A DNA stretch of 33,156 bases. It comes from Pseudomonadota bacterium (lineage in GTDB: Bacteria > Bdellovibrionota > FAC87 > UBA2466). The translations under genes were made by a program, and so were the position numbers. Shown here in pieces: positions 19,744 through 28,183 of the stretch; position 1 is the first letter of the stretch, and each line of letters starts with the position of its first letter. The stretch is from assembly GCA_043718025.1 (NCBI GenBank), contig JAYSWN010000085.1, forward strand, positions 1 to 33,156, given 5' to 3'. The notes below the pieces were generated by a model. That model searched no databases. It worked only from the letters and a program-made list of their open reading frames with translations, and was not told where the DNA came from.

Positions 19744-20772
19744 TTAGTCAATGGCAACGCTGCCGTGTTTGCCGGTTTTTAGCAGTCGTTCACGTTTTTC
19801 CACGCGCAGGTAGCTATCCACTTTGTCGACGGAGTCCACGGTGATATCCCAGGCGGTGTAAATTTGCTTTTTCTTGTTGGCCCGTAAGTCTCCGGCGGCA
19901 AATAGGCCTTGCACCGAGGTTTCACCGGCGTCATCGGTAAGCACGTACCCTCGATCATCAATTTTTGCCCCCAGCGCCTTGGCGAGTTCGTTGTAGACAA
20001 TTACGCCCAGCGAAACAAAGGCAATGGTTGCGCTAATCGTTGTTCCATCGGCGAGCAAAATCGCGGTAAGTCCTTCCTTTTTCGCGTTTCCGGCTAATTC
20101 CTGAATTGGTGATTCTTTAACCTGAATGTCGTACGCCGCAATTCGATCGGCCAGCGGTGTACCCGGAGTCACCGCTAGCTTTTCGCCGTTGGTGAGAACG
20201 GTAATGGCGGGACATTCGTAGCGCTCTTTTAGCAGCGTAGCGATCCAGGCCGCGCTTTCCGCGTGACCAATGATGGCGGTGTGTTTGCCTTTGGCGCGGT
20301 GTCCGTCGCAGCGAATGCAGTACTCAACGTGCCCTTCGTTCGCCATGGGGTAAACGTTCTTGATGTCACCACCGATGACTGGCTGCACGTCCATAATGCC
20401 AGTGCACAACACGACGTATTTAGCTTGGTATATTTCCCCCTTCTTTGTCTCAAGTCGGAAGTCGCCTTTTTGGCCCGATATTTTGATGACCTCATCTCGA
20501 ACGCTGGTAAGTAGTGGCGCCCAGGTCTCACTCTTTTCAATCCACTGAAACACTTCGTTGGCGCTTTGAATAATTGCCTTGGGCATGCCGAAATGGCCGG
20601 GCATGTTTTCTACTTTGCCCACCCAGGTGGCGCGGGCCCGCTTTTTTGTCAACGCGCTACCCAAGAAAGCAACCGTTTTCAAATTGTTGAGCACGGCGCG
20701 CAGGGCCCCCATGGACCCTGCGGAGCCACCACCGATAATGGCGACATCAAATTTTGTTAACGGTGTCGTCAT
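19744..20772 (-). CDS. Thioredoxin-reductase-like FAD-dependent disulfide oxidoreductase
   Basis: GGGSAG FAD motif, CTG, redox-active CIRCDG, ETSVQGLFAAGD. The second nucleotide-binding motif is atypical (IIGHAESA). Confidence 0.88.
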   Translation of the reverse strand: MTTPLTKFDVAIIGGGSAGSMGALRAVLNNLKTVAFLGSALTKKRARATWVGKVENMPGHFGMPKAIIQSANEVFQWIEKSETWAPLLTSVRDEVIKISGQKGDFRLETKKGEIYQAKYVVLCTGIMDVQPVIGGDIKNVYPMANEGHVEYCIRCDGHRAKGKHTAIIGHAESAAWIATLLKERYECPAITVLTNGEKLAVTPGTPLADRIAAYDIQVKESPIQELAGNAKKEGLTAILLADGTTISATIAFVSLGVIVYNELAKALGAKIDDRGYVLTDDAGETSVQGLFAAGDLRANKKKQIYTAWDITVDSVDKVDSYLRVEKRERLLKTGKHGSVAID

Positions 20773-20779
20773 AGTTCAC

Positions 20780-21514
20780 TCATTTCGCGGCAAAGTATTT
20801 TTCAAGGTCATCGGCGCCACCAATATGCTTTCCACCGATAAAGATTTGCGGAACGGTACTTCGTCCGGTTATCGCCCGAATGGTTTTCGAGGTGAGCGTG
20901 GCCGTCAACGGCAGCTCCTCGTAAGCCAGGCCCTTGGCTTCCAGCAGTTTTTTTGCCCGGGCACAATGTGGGCATCCGTTGCGGGTGATCAGGCTGACGA
21001 ATTCTGGCTTAACTGCTTTAGGATTGATGGCCTCGAGCATGGTATCGGCGTCAGAAACTTCGAAAGGGTCGCCCTCTTTCTCGGGTTCAATAAATAGTTT
21101 CTCAACTACGCCATCATTCACCAGCATGGAGTAGCGCCAAGACCGTTTTCCAAAGCCAATGGCACTTTTATCAACGAGCAGACCCATTTTCTCGGTGAAT
21201 TCGCCGTTGCCATCGGGAAGAAAGGAGACGTTTTTTGCATTCTGCGCGTCTTTCCAAGCCGCCATCACGAACGCATCGTTTACCGAAATACAGATAACTT
21301 CCGCGATGCCATTTTGCTTAAAGGCGGTGGCAAGCTCGTTGTAGCGCGGTAGTTGGGAAGAGGAGCAAGTGGGCGTGTAGGCTCCGGGCAGAGAAAACGC
21401 CACCACCTTGCGTCCGCCAAAAATATCTTTCGTCGATTTTTTAACCCAGCTTTCGTTATCACGGGTCATAAAAGTAACATCGGGCACTCGCTGTCCGACT
21501 TGGATTGGTTTCAT
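20780..21514 (-). CDS. Hybrid peroxiredoxin (Prx5)-glutaredoxin, glutathione-dependent peroxidase
   Basis: PGAYTPTCSS peroxidatic motif and SVNDAFVM; C-terminal Grx domain with CPHC and TVPQIFIGG. Confidence 0.95.
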   Translation of the reverse strand: MKPIQVGQRVPDVTFMTRDNESWVKKSTKDIFGGRKVVAFSLPGAYTPTCSSSQLPRYNELATAFKQNGIAEVICISVNDAFVMAAWKDAQNAKNVSFLPDGNGEFTEKMGLLVDKSAIGFGKRSWRYSMLVNDGVVEKLFIEPEKEGDPFEVSDADTMLEAINPKAVKPEFVSLITRNGCPHCARAKKLLEAKGLAYEELPLTATLTSKTIRAITGRSTVPQIFIGGKHIGGADDLEKYFAAK

Positions 21515-21580
21515 ATAAGCTCCTTATAAAATCGTTGGTTCCACTAGAGTTAGAATCGCCCAAATGGTGTGATAAATCCA

Positions 21581-21616
21581 ATTGATTGAAACTATTAATC
21601 GATAGATAAAATCAAT
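21581..21616. promoter_or_regulatory. OxyR-type operator upstream of the prx-grx / trxR-like / tpx operon
   Basis: ATTG-N7-CTAT-N6-ATAG-N7-CAAT, dyad-symmetric and close to the OxyR consensus ATAG-N7-CTAT-N7-ATAG-N7-CTAT. Confidence 0.78.
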
Positions 21617-22575
21617 CAGATCGATTTGACGGGTAAAACCCGACCCTTACTCCGCTCGGCCAGTAATTCGGCCGGTATTGCTTTCAAGATTTCCGCTTTA
21701 ATCGCCGCCAGCGTGGCGCTTTTTACCGCACTTTGGCGATGCATGAGGCCCACCAGCCGCACGGGAGGCGGTAAGGCAAAATGGCGCAGGCTGCGTTGTT
21801 TTTGCTTCGGGCTTAAGTCCAGAGTCGCCAGCCAAGGCAGCAGCGTGTAGCCGGACTTGCGTTCGACCAGTTTTTTTAGGGTTTCCAAATTCCCGCTTTC
21901 AAAATTGATTCGTTTTGAAGCCACCGATTGGTGTCGAAACTGACAGAGGTCTAGCACCTGATCACGAAAGCAGTGCCCCTCGTTCAATAGCCACAAGTCT
22001 TCGTGACTCATGTCTTTGGCGGTGAGGCCTTTCTTTTTCTGAAGCCGGTGACCATCGCTGACGTAAGCCAGAAAGGGCTCTTTAAAGAGTGGAACTTCCA
22101 CCATTCCCCTTTGCCCGAGCGGGATGGCCAACAGACCCGCATCCAAAGAATTATTTTCTAGCCGCTCCAAAATAGTGGCCGTGGGAATCTCTTCGATGGT
22201 CAGATGGAGTTTGCGGTAACGATCCGAGAGGGGCTGTAGAAAACGCGGCAGCAGGTAGGGCGCCAGAGTGGGAATCACGCCCAACGAGAACTCCCCTTGA
22301 ACCTCGTGCCGTTGCTCTTCCCCAGAGAGCTCTACCTGACGAACTCGATCCAGAATTTCTTTGGCCAAGGCAACCACCGCGAGGCCCGTGGGGGTGGGGC
22401 GTATTGGCTTTTCAGTGCGCTCAAACAGCAAGAATCCCAACGCGCCCTCGAGCTTTTGAATCTGCATGCTGAGGGTCGGTTGCGTGACGTGGCAAACTTT
22501 TGCGGCCCGGCCAAAATGCCCCGCGGCCGCCACTTCCACCACATAGTGCAGCTGGCTCAGTGAAATGGCTTTCAT
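21616..22575 (-). CDS. oxyR: Hydrogen-peroxide-sensing LysR regulator OxyR
   Basis: LysR HTH (HFGRAAKVCHVTQPTLSMQI), IPTLAPYLLP, and EGHCFRDQVLDLC carrying both redox cysteines. ATG 22575 preferred. Confidence 0.93.
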   Translation of the reverse strand: MKAISLSQLHYVVEVAAAGHFGRAAKVCHVTQPTLSMQIQKLEGALGFLLFERTEKPIRPTPTGLAVVALAKEILDRVRQVELSGEEQRHEVQGEFSLGVIPTLAPYLLPRFLQPLSDRYRKLHLTIEEIPTATILERLENNSLDAGLLAIPLGQRGMVEVPLFKEPFLAYVSDGHRLQKKKGLTAKDMSHEDLWLLNEGHCFRDQVLDLCQFRHQSVASKRINFESGNLETLKKLVERKSGYTLLPWLATLDLSPKQKQRSLRHFALPPPVRLVGLMHRQSAVKSATLAAIKAEILKAIPAELLAERSKGRVLPVKSI

Positions 22576-22735
22576 GGAACGAAAATGACACAGTTGGCCG
22601 ATGACCACCACCCCCAAACCGTAATCTTCGCGGTAATGGTAATGGGTAGAGTCGCCGCAAAGCCCTGCCATTCTGCCATTGCGCAGCATGAAGAGCTTGC
22701 TCGGGCATGCTACACCTACGTTTTTGGGGGCCTAC

Positions 22736-23062
22736 ATGAAAACATGGATCACGACACTCTTTCTTCTTTTTCTACTCGCGTTTGAGGCCATCGGCATGGA
22801 AGCCGAATCGGTACGGATGAGCACCTGGCGCCGGGGTGAGAGTATCGGCGGCGAAGAGTTTGTGGCCGCGAATGAAGCGGTGGTCGACTACCTCGCAACG
22901 CTGCGACACCCTACGGGGCTCTTTGAAACCATTCGCTATCGTTGCAACGTAAAGTCGCGAACCATCCGGCCAACGGTGATGGGTGGCAACTTGTCGTCGT
23001 CGCCTTCAACCTACGTTTGGGTGCGCACGGTATACGACATCAAAGACTGCAAAGAAGAGTAA
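22736..23062 (+). CDS. Small secreted hypothetical protein
   Basis: From ATG 22736: signal peptide MKTWITTLFLLFLLAFEAIG; two Cys. Confidence 0.7.
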   Translation: MKTWITTLFLLFLLAFEAIGMEAESVRMSTWRRGESIGGEEFVAANEAVVDYLATLRHPTGLFETIRYRCNVKSRTIRPTVMGGNLSSSPSTYVWVRTVYDIKDCKEE

Positions 23063-23134
23063 ACAAAAAAAATATGTTATTGCGAAGGCAGTAGGCTGGA
23101 TTGAATTTTTGGCCGTCGCTTGTTAGGGGTCTGT

Positions 23135-23539
23135 ATGGAATTTAAAAATCTCGTTTTTCTCGTCACCGCGCTGTTTTCGCTTTCATCGGCCTGCGCCGTC
23201 GATGCAATCAAACCGGTCGATGCAGACAAACTGGTCAGCGGCGATAAGGCCGTGCTGTTCGACGTACGCGAGATGGCCGAGGTAAAAGAGACCGGGATTG
23301 CGAAACCGGCGGCGTGGTTACCCAAATCTGAAATTGATGCCAATTCGGAGCTGTACCAAGGGCTGGTAAAGAATTTTGACAAAAAGACCCCGCTGATTTT
23401 CTACTGCCGATCAGGAAAGCGGGCGGCCATAGTGGCCGAGCACTTCGAGAAGATTGGCTTTAAGTCCATGAACATGGGCTCCTTGGCAGACTGGCAAGCG
23501 GCCAAACTCCCGGTAGTGCCGTTTGAACAGAGAAAATAG
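23135..23539 (+). CDS. Exported single-domain rhodanese (sulfurtransferase, PspE-like)
   Basis: Signal peptide, LFDVRE, and active-site loop YCRSGKRA. Confidence 0.9.
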   Translation: MEFKNLVFLVTALFSLSSACAVDAIKPVDADKLVSGDKAVLFDVREMAEVKETGIAKPAAWLPKSEIDANSELYQGLVKNFDKKTPLIFYCRSGKRAAIVAEHFEKIGFKSMNMGSLADWQAAKLPVVPFEQRK

Positions 23540-23554
23540 AACGGAAAGTAATTC

Positions 23555-24157
23555 ATGAAGGTTGCCATTGTTTCGGGAAGCCATCGCACCGCCTCGGAGT
23601 CGGGTCGGGTGGCTCGATACGTTGAGAGCGTTGTTAAAAAACAAGGAGCCGGTGTCTATCTATTGGACCTTGCCATTCGCCCCTTGCCTTTTTGGGATGA
23701 CGGCATGTGGTCGGGTGACCCCACGCTTACCGCCGCTTGGAGCCCAATCAAAACCGAGTTGCTGGCTTGCGACTCCGTCGTACTGATTGCCGCCGAATGG
23801 GGAGGCATGGTTCCCGCGGCCCTTAAAAATTTTTTGATCTTTGCTACCGACGGCAGCCTGTACCACAAACCCAGTCTGTTGGTGGGCGTTTCGTCATCGC
23901 GCAATGGGGCCTACCCCATTGCGGAGTTACGCATGAGTGGCTACAAGAACTCGCACCTGGTCCACATTTCTGAACACGTCATTGTGCGCGACGTAAACAA
24001 GATGCTTCACGGGGACACTCCGGCCTCAGAAGACGACGGCTTTTTACGTAAGCGTTTTGATTACGGAGTGAAGGTACTCCTTGAGTACGGTAAAGCGCTG
24101 AAACAAGTCCGTGAAAGCGGCGTTCTAAACCGCAAAGACTTTCCCAACGGGATGTAA
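23555..24157 (+). CDS. NAD(P)H-dependent FMN reductase (flavodoxin-like)
   Basis: N-terminal VSGSHR; AEWGGMVPAALKNF is equivalent to the PEYN..P..LKN motif. Confidence 0.88.
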   Translation: MKVAIVSGSHRTASESGRVARYVESVVKKQGAGVYLLDLAIRPLPFWDDGMWSGDPTLTAAWSPIKTELLACDSVVLIAAEWGGMVPAALKNFLIFATDGSLYHKPSLLVGVSSSRNGAYPIAELRMSGYKNSHLVHISEHVIVRDVNKMLHGDTPASEDDGFLRKRFDYGVKVLLEYGKALKQVRESGVLNRKDFPNGM

Positions 24158-24192
24158 AATCTCGTAAACAGAGGCCGGGGATCGTGCTTTGC

Positions 24193-24221
24193 CATGGCGA
24201 GGCTCGTCGAGCCTTACCATG
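24193..24221. terminator. Hairpin between convergent genes, possible terminator
   Basis: CATGG-C-GAGGCTC-GTC-GAGCCTT-A-CCATG; no strong U-tract. Confidence 0.35.
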
Positions 24222-24232
24222 ACCAATTCAAA

Positions 24233-24928
24233 TTACAGTTTGGCGGTTAGCTGGTCCGCAACCGCGGCACCCACTCCGTGCGCCGAAGCCGGATTTTGGC
24301 CCGTGACTAAGCGCCCGTCGACCACCACGTGTTTCTGCCACAGATCGGCTTTGCTGTAGTTAGCGCCGCGTTTTTTTAGCGTCGATTCCAATAAAAAAGG
24401 CATCACTTTGGTGAGGCCGGCGGACTCTTCTTCCGCATCCGAAAAGGCGGCCACATTTTTTCCGGACACCAAATATTTTCCGTTCGCCAATTTCACATTC
24501 ACCAGCGCGGCGGGGCCGTGGCAGACGGCGCTTACCACGCCGCCGTTTTCATAAATGGCGGCGGTGATGGCTTGAATGGCTCGGTTATCGGCGAAATCCC
24601 ACATCGTGCCGTGGCCGCCGGCGTATAGAATTGCGCCGTAATCCTTAGGGTTGATGCTTTCGATCGCCAGGGTGTTATCGAGCTTCGCCCGCGATTCTGG
24701 CTGTTCATAAAACTTCTTATTCACCGGATCTTTGAGATCAAGGCTATTCGGGTCGAGCGGGGCTTTGCCTCCGAGGGGGCTGGCGATGTCCACTTGAATG
24801 CCTTTCGCCATCAACGCGGCGTAAGGATGGCTGACTTCGGGAAGGTAGTAGCCGGTGGTTTTTCCACTATTACCGAGTTGCGAATGGCTGGTTACTACGA
24901 TTAGCGCTTTAAGGGCTAGAGTCTTCAT
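24233..24928 (-). CDS. DJ-1/PfpI family protein (Hsp31-like glyoxalase III / deglycase)
   Basis: TGYYLPEVSHPY, AGGHG, nucleophile VCHGP, LVTGQNPAS. Confidence 0.92.
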   Translation of the reverse strand: MKTLALKALIVVTSHSQLGNSGKTTGYYLPEVSHPYAALMAKGIQVDIASPLGGKAPLDPNSLDLKDPVNKKFYEQPESRAKLDNTLAIESINPKDYGAILYAGGHGTMWDFADNRAIQAITAAIYENGGVVSAVCHGPAALVNVKLANGKYLVSGKNVAAFSDAEEESAGLTKVMPFLLESTLKKRGANYSKADLWQKHVVVDGRLVTGQNPASAHGVGAAVADQLTAKL

Positions 24929-24990
24929 TTCTAATTCTCCGTTTACTTAACGAAAGCACTGCGCCTCCGACTGCTCCACTTACTTTACGC

Positions 24991-25743
24991 TCACTTCAAT
25001 CCAACGACGTAAGCCACCCACGCTTGGGCCTCTTCGTTACTTTCGCAGTATACGAAGGTGTTCTTAAAGCCGACCTCGAGCATGAGATCGCGCAACTCGA
25101 TGGGCGTCCACATTCGCCATTCGTAAATAAATTCGCTACGACGTTGCTTTTCACCAGGCCGCTGAAAGTGAATCGAAAAACGGGCTTCGCGCGATAACGG
25201 GTCAAAACTCTCTTGCTCCCAGGTATAGGTAAAGCCCTCACATTCCGAAGTGGTTTCGATTTGCGAGGCAATCTCCATTCCACCCAGGCAATCCATTACC
25301 AGTATGCCCTTGGGCCGGAGCTTGGTGAGGCACTTTTTCAGATAGTCTTTGAGAACGGTGCGATCTTTAATCACGCCGTACGAAAAATTTAGCGCGCAGA
25401 TTACGTCCGCCTTGGGAAGTTTAGTCGAACGAACATCGGCGAGCAGAGGAAAAATACGCTTCTTCTCATCGCCCACGAGCTGATGGAGAAAGCGTTTTTT
25501 TCCGTAGGCGAGTGGCACCTTGTCGTTGTCGACCGCGGCGGCAACGTGCTTTGAAGAGCGCCGTACCCACTCGTACGAAAGAGCAAAAGTGCCGCCAAAA
25601 TCTTCTCGCAGAAACAGCGGCTCTTTGCCGCTTAAATCACGGTAAATGCCTTCCAAAAAGTCACAACTCGCCAACGGGTCTTGAACCGAGCGAAGGTAAT
25701 AGTCGTATTTATCGAACGGAGGCATTTTTTCGATCTTGGCCAT
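24991..25743 (-). CDS. Class I SAM-dependent methyltransferase
   Basis: LREDFGGT motif I variant, AVDND, ALNFSY, L.PKGILVMD. Confidence 0.8.
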   Translation of the reverse strand: MAKIEKMPPFDKYDYYLRSVQDPLASCDFLEGIYRDLSGKEPLFLREDFGGTFALSYEWVRRSSKHVAAAVDNDKVPLAYGKKRFLHQLVGDEKKRIFPLLADVRSTKLPKADVICALNFSYGVIKDRTVLKDYLKKCLTKLRPKGILVMDCLGGMEIASQIETTSECEGFTYTWEQESFDPLSREARFSIHFQRPGEKQRRSEFIYEWRMWTPIELRDLMLEVGFKNTFVYCESNEEAQAWVAYVVGLK

Positions 25744-25846
25744 GCGCCCGGGTATACCTCATAAACCCATGCGGTTCGAGGCCTAAGCGTACTCTTCAGG
25801 GGATACTCGCATGCGAATGAGGGCGGCACCTCAGGTTTCAAGCGCC

Positions 25847-25880
25847 AAAAAAAAACGCCCTCTCATTGAGAGGGCGTTTT
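25847..25880 (-). terminator. Rho-independent terminator of the BolA-like gene, potentially bidirectional
   Basis: Perfect inverted repeat AAAACGCCCTCTCA-T-TGAGAGGGCGTTTT; a 9-U tract on the - strand. Confidence 0.9.
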
Positions 25881-25900
25881 GATAAAACTTGCGGTTTGCC

Positions 25901-26218
25901 TTAGGCGGCTTTTTTCATGTTCCCGGCTTGGTTAGCCTGTGGAGCAGTGAAGTTACGCCGCTTGGCTTCGGGGGCCTTGTCCCACTCAGCGTGGGTGAAG
26001 CACTCAACTACGAAGCTGCTTACGCTGTAAACATCCCCAGCGCCTTCCTTTAGCAGGCTACTTACGCGGGCAATCCGTGCCGCGCTGTCGGTGTTTCGAA
26101 ATTTATCTGAAACCACCACCACCTTATAGGGAGTGCTGGCGCCATCCATATAGCATTCAAAATTTTTGAGTGGATGAAGCGCTTTCTTCAAGGCAAAGCG
26201 TGTACGTTCCATATCCAT
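25901..26218 (-). CDS. Divergent BolA/IbaG-like protein
   Basis: YKVVVVSDKF....AARIARV..LLKE and FTHAEW align with BolA F.V.VVS..F...R...V...L..E and TP.EW. ATG 26218 has an AGAGG RBS. Confidence 0.65.
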   Translation of the reverse strand: MDMERTRFALKKALHPLKNFECYMDGASTPYKVVVVSDKFRNTDSAARIARVSSLLKEGAGDVYSVSSFVVECFTHAEWDKAPEAKRRNFTAPQANQAGNMKKAA

Positions 26219-26250
26219 AGGTACCTCTCTTCTAATGTAAGGAGTAATGA

Positions 26251-26366
26251 GCGCTGGCCGGTTTGAACCCTGAAAAGACAACCCTTTCAAAGTCCCCGCA
26301 CCTTCCAGAGCTCAATCCTTAATACTGCGCCTAGAATATTGCCCAATTATGGAAGCCGGCCAGCGC
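26251..26366 (-). ncRNA. Candidate structured RNA (three-way junction) in the leader of the BolA-like gene
   Basis: Perfect 11-bp closing stem (26251-26261/26356-26366), 6-bp helix (26302-26307/26350-26355), and a 13-bp hairpin with 4 G-U pairs on the - strand (26265-26277/26283-26295). Confidence 0.5.
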
Positions 26367-26411
26367 GTAAGTCTCTGAATATATGCGGGTACTAATGATA
26401 GGTTGGCCCAA

Positions 26412-26654
26412 CTATTGCCGGGTAACGTCTTTCAGGGGAGGGGAGCTGGGCTTGGTCCGAGGTCTCAACCAACGCGAAACATCGATTCCAAACTCACGAA
26501 GTACGGCAATGAGCAGGGCGGTGGCCAGTGCTTCATCTAAATTTCCGATGAGGGGAAGGTTATCGGGGAGTAGTTCAAATATTCCGGCACCTGGATTGAA
26601 AAGATAGACCAACGAAAACAGCCCTAATAACGCCATGATCAATTTACGTCCCAT
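26412..26654 (-). CDS. DUF1232 (YkvA-like) small membrane protein
   Basis: YLFNP....ELLPDNLPLIGNLDEA matches the Y..SP.DLIPD.IP..G.LDD pattern. Confidence 0.8.
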   Translation of the reverse strand: MGRKLIMALLGLFSLVYLFNPGAGIFELLPDNLPLIGNLDEALATALLIAVLREFGIDVSRWLRPRTKPSSPPLKDVTRQ

Positions 26655-26821
26655 CCCGTCACTTTAGCACAATAGATTGAAGCCGCCGGTTGAGTCTCGC
26701 TGCTCCGTTTTAGGCAACTCGGCAAGTTGATGGTGTAACAATCTTCAACTCATTGACGCAAAACGAATCAACCACAAAACCACAATCTACCTACGATTGA
26801 ATCATTCAACTGAGCGGAATT

Positions 26822-26837
26822 CGGCATAAGCGTTGCA
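26822..26837 (+). promoter_or_regulatory. Sigma54 (-24/-12) promoter upstream of the SOD gene
   Basis: CGGCATAAGCGTTGCA, i.e. GG-N10-GC with TTGCA, about 100 nt upstream of ATG 26934 in a long intergenic region. Confidence 0.6.
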
Positions 26838-26933
26838 TCGTCTTTTTCGAGGCCTTTTTTTTTCTAGGGAGTTCATGATGTTAAGTCAGGCAAAAAAACT
26901 ATCAGCTACCGTTTTAGTGTCCGAGGTTGCGTT

Positions 26934-27620
26934 ATGAGAGAGTTGTTTCACTTACCGCCGTTACCGTTTGCACCATCTGAGATGGCGGGATTGATGTCGG
27001 AAGAGTCGGTGCAGTTTCATTATCTCACGCAGCACGCGGCGTATATCGATAAGACCAACGAACTATTAAATGGAGACAAAAAGAAATTTTCCGACTTGTC
27101 GATTGAAAACATTATTCGGGTGGCGGACGGCCCGTTGTTCAACAACGCCTCCGAGGTTTGGAATCACACCTTTCTATGGCTTTCATTGGCTTCGCCAAAA
27201 TCGGCGCAGCATGACATACGGCCAATTCGAAAACCCATCGTAGAGAGTTTCGGCGGCATAAAGGATTGCAAGGCAGATTTCCTAAAAAAAGGGGACGAGC
27301 ATTTTGGATCGGGCTGGCTTTGGTTGGGCATTAAGGCCGATAGCAGCTCCGAGCTCGAATGGATCGAAATGTACGATGCCGAGAGCCCGCTCAGAGAGGG
27401 TTTTTTGCCGTTGCTTGCCTGTGATTTGTGGGAGCATGCCTACCAAATTGATTTTCAAAACGATCGTGGAAAGTATTTAGAAAAATTTTTCGATCATTTG
27501 AATTGGTCGTTTGCGGAGGAAGTTATGAAAAATGGCGAAGTTCCCGAGCTGGACTCGATGCTGCGCGCCGACTCGCGCTCCCAATTCAACGAGCGTCAAG
27601 TTGGGGGAATTACTTTTTAA
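26934..27620 (+). CDS. Fe/Mn superoxide dismutase family protein, divergent (Fe-type features)
   Basis: LPPLPF, metal ligands in QFHY, WNH and DLWEHAY; FGSGWLW. Several active-site substitutions (see findings). Confidence 0.88.
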   Translation: MRELFHLPPLPFAPSEMAGLMSEESVQFHYLTQHAAYIDKTNELLNGDKKKFSDLSIENIIRVADGPLFNNASEVWNHTFLWLSLASPKSAQHDIRPIRKPIVESFGGIKDCKADFLKKGDEHFGSGWLWLGIKADSSSELEWIEMYDAESPLREGFLPLLACDLWEHAYQIDFQNDRGKYLEKFFDHLNWSFAEEVMKNGEVPELDSMLRADSRSQFNERQVGGITF

Positions 27621-27623
27621 TCT

Positions 27624-28118
27624 TTAGATTTGAAATGAGTGTTCTTTGAGGTTGCCCCGAACCGCATGAGATTTTATCTCGGGCTTTTGGGGCAATTTTA
27701 CGTATTGGAACCAGAAACTACAGAGTGAGTTGATGGTGTTCTGAAAATGGTCCAGGTCACTTGGTTTGGTGATAAACGCCGTGGCTCCGCACAAATAAGA
27801 GTCGGCAATCTCCTGCTCGTTGCTTGTCGTGGACAGCATTACGATCGGAATGCGGCACATATCCACATTTGACTTAATTTCTTTCATTAACTCCCGGCCA
27901 TCTTTTTGAGGAATATTTAGATCCATCAAAATGAGATCGGGCGTGGGCATTCCGGTAAACTCAGCTCGGCGAAATACGAAATCAGCGCCTTCTACTCCGC
28001 TGCGGGCAAAGTAGAGTTCAACCGGCACGGGGCTATTAGCAAACAGCACCCTAAGTAAAGCGGTGTCGGCTTCATTGTCTTCAATTGCAAGAACCACGGG
28101 GTTTTTGGCTGCCTTCAT
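27624..28118 (-). CDS. Single-domain response regulator (Rcp1/CheY-like)
   Basis: IEDNEAD, PDLILMDLNIP..DG, IPIVMLST, FITKP, FWF. ATG 28118 preferred. Confidence 0.9.
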   Translation of the reverse strand: MKAAKNPVVLAIEDNEADTALLRVLFANSPVPVELYFARSGVEGADFVFRRAEFTGMPTPDLILMDLNIPQKDGRELMKEIKSNVDMCRIPIVMLSTTSNEQEIADSYLCGATAFITKPSDLDHFQNTINSLCSFWFQYVKLPQKPEIKSHAVRGNLKEHSFQI

Positions 28119-28183
28119 GAGCCGCAGACTACGACAAACTCCAAGCCTTGGGGTAGCGAAAAATGGGCGTTCTGAGCGAAATT

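Noticed and set aside
26251..26366. 6S RNA or tRNA identity for the leader element (GGGTTCAAACC)
   Set aside because: Too short and branched for 6S, with no central bubble; no cloverleaf, proper T-arm or CCA end.
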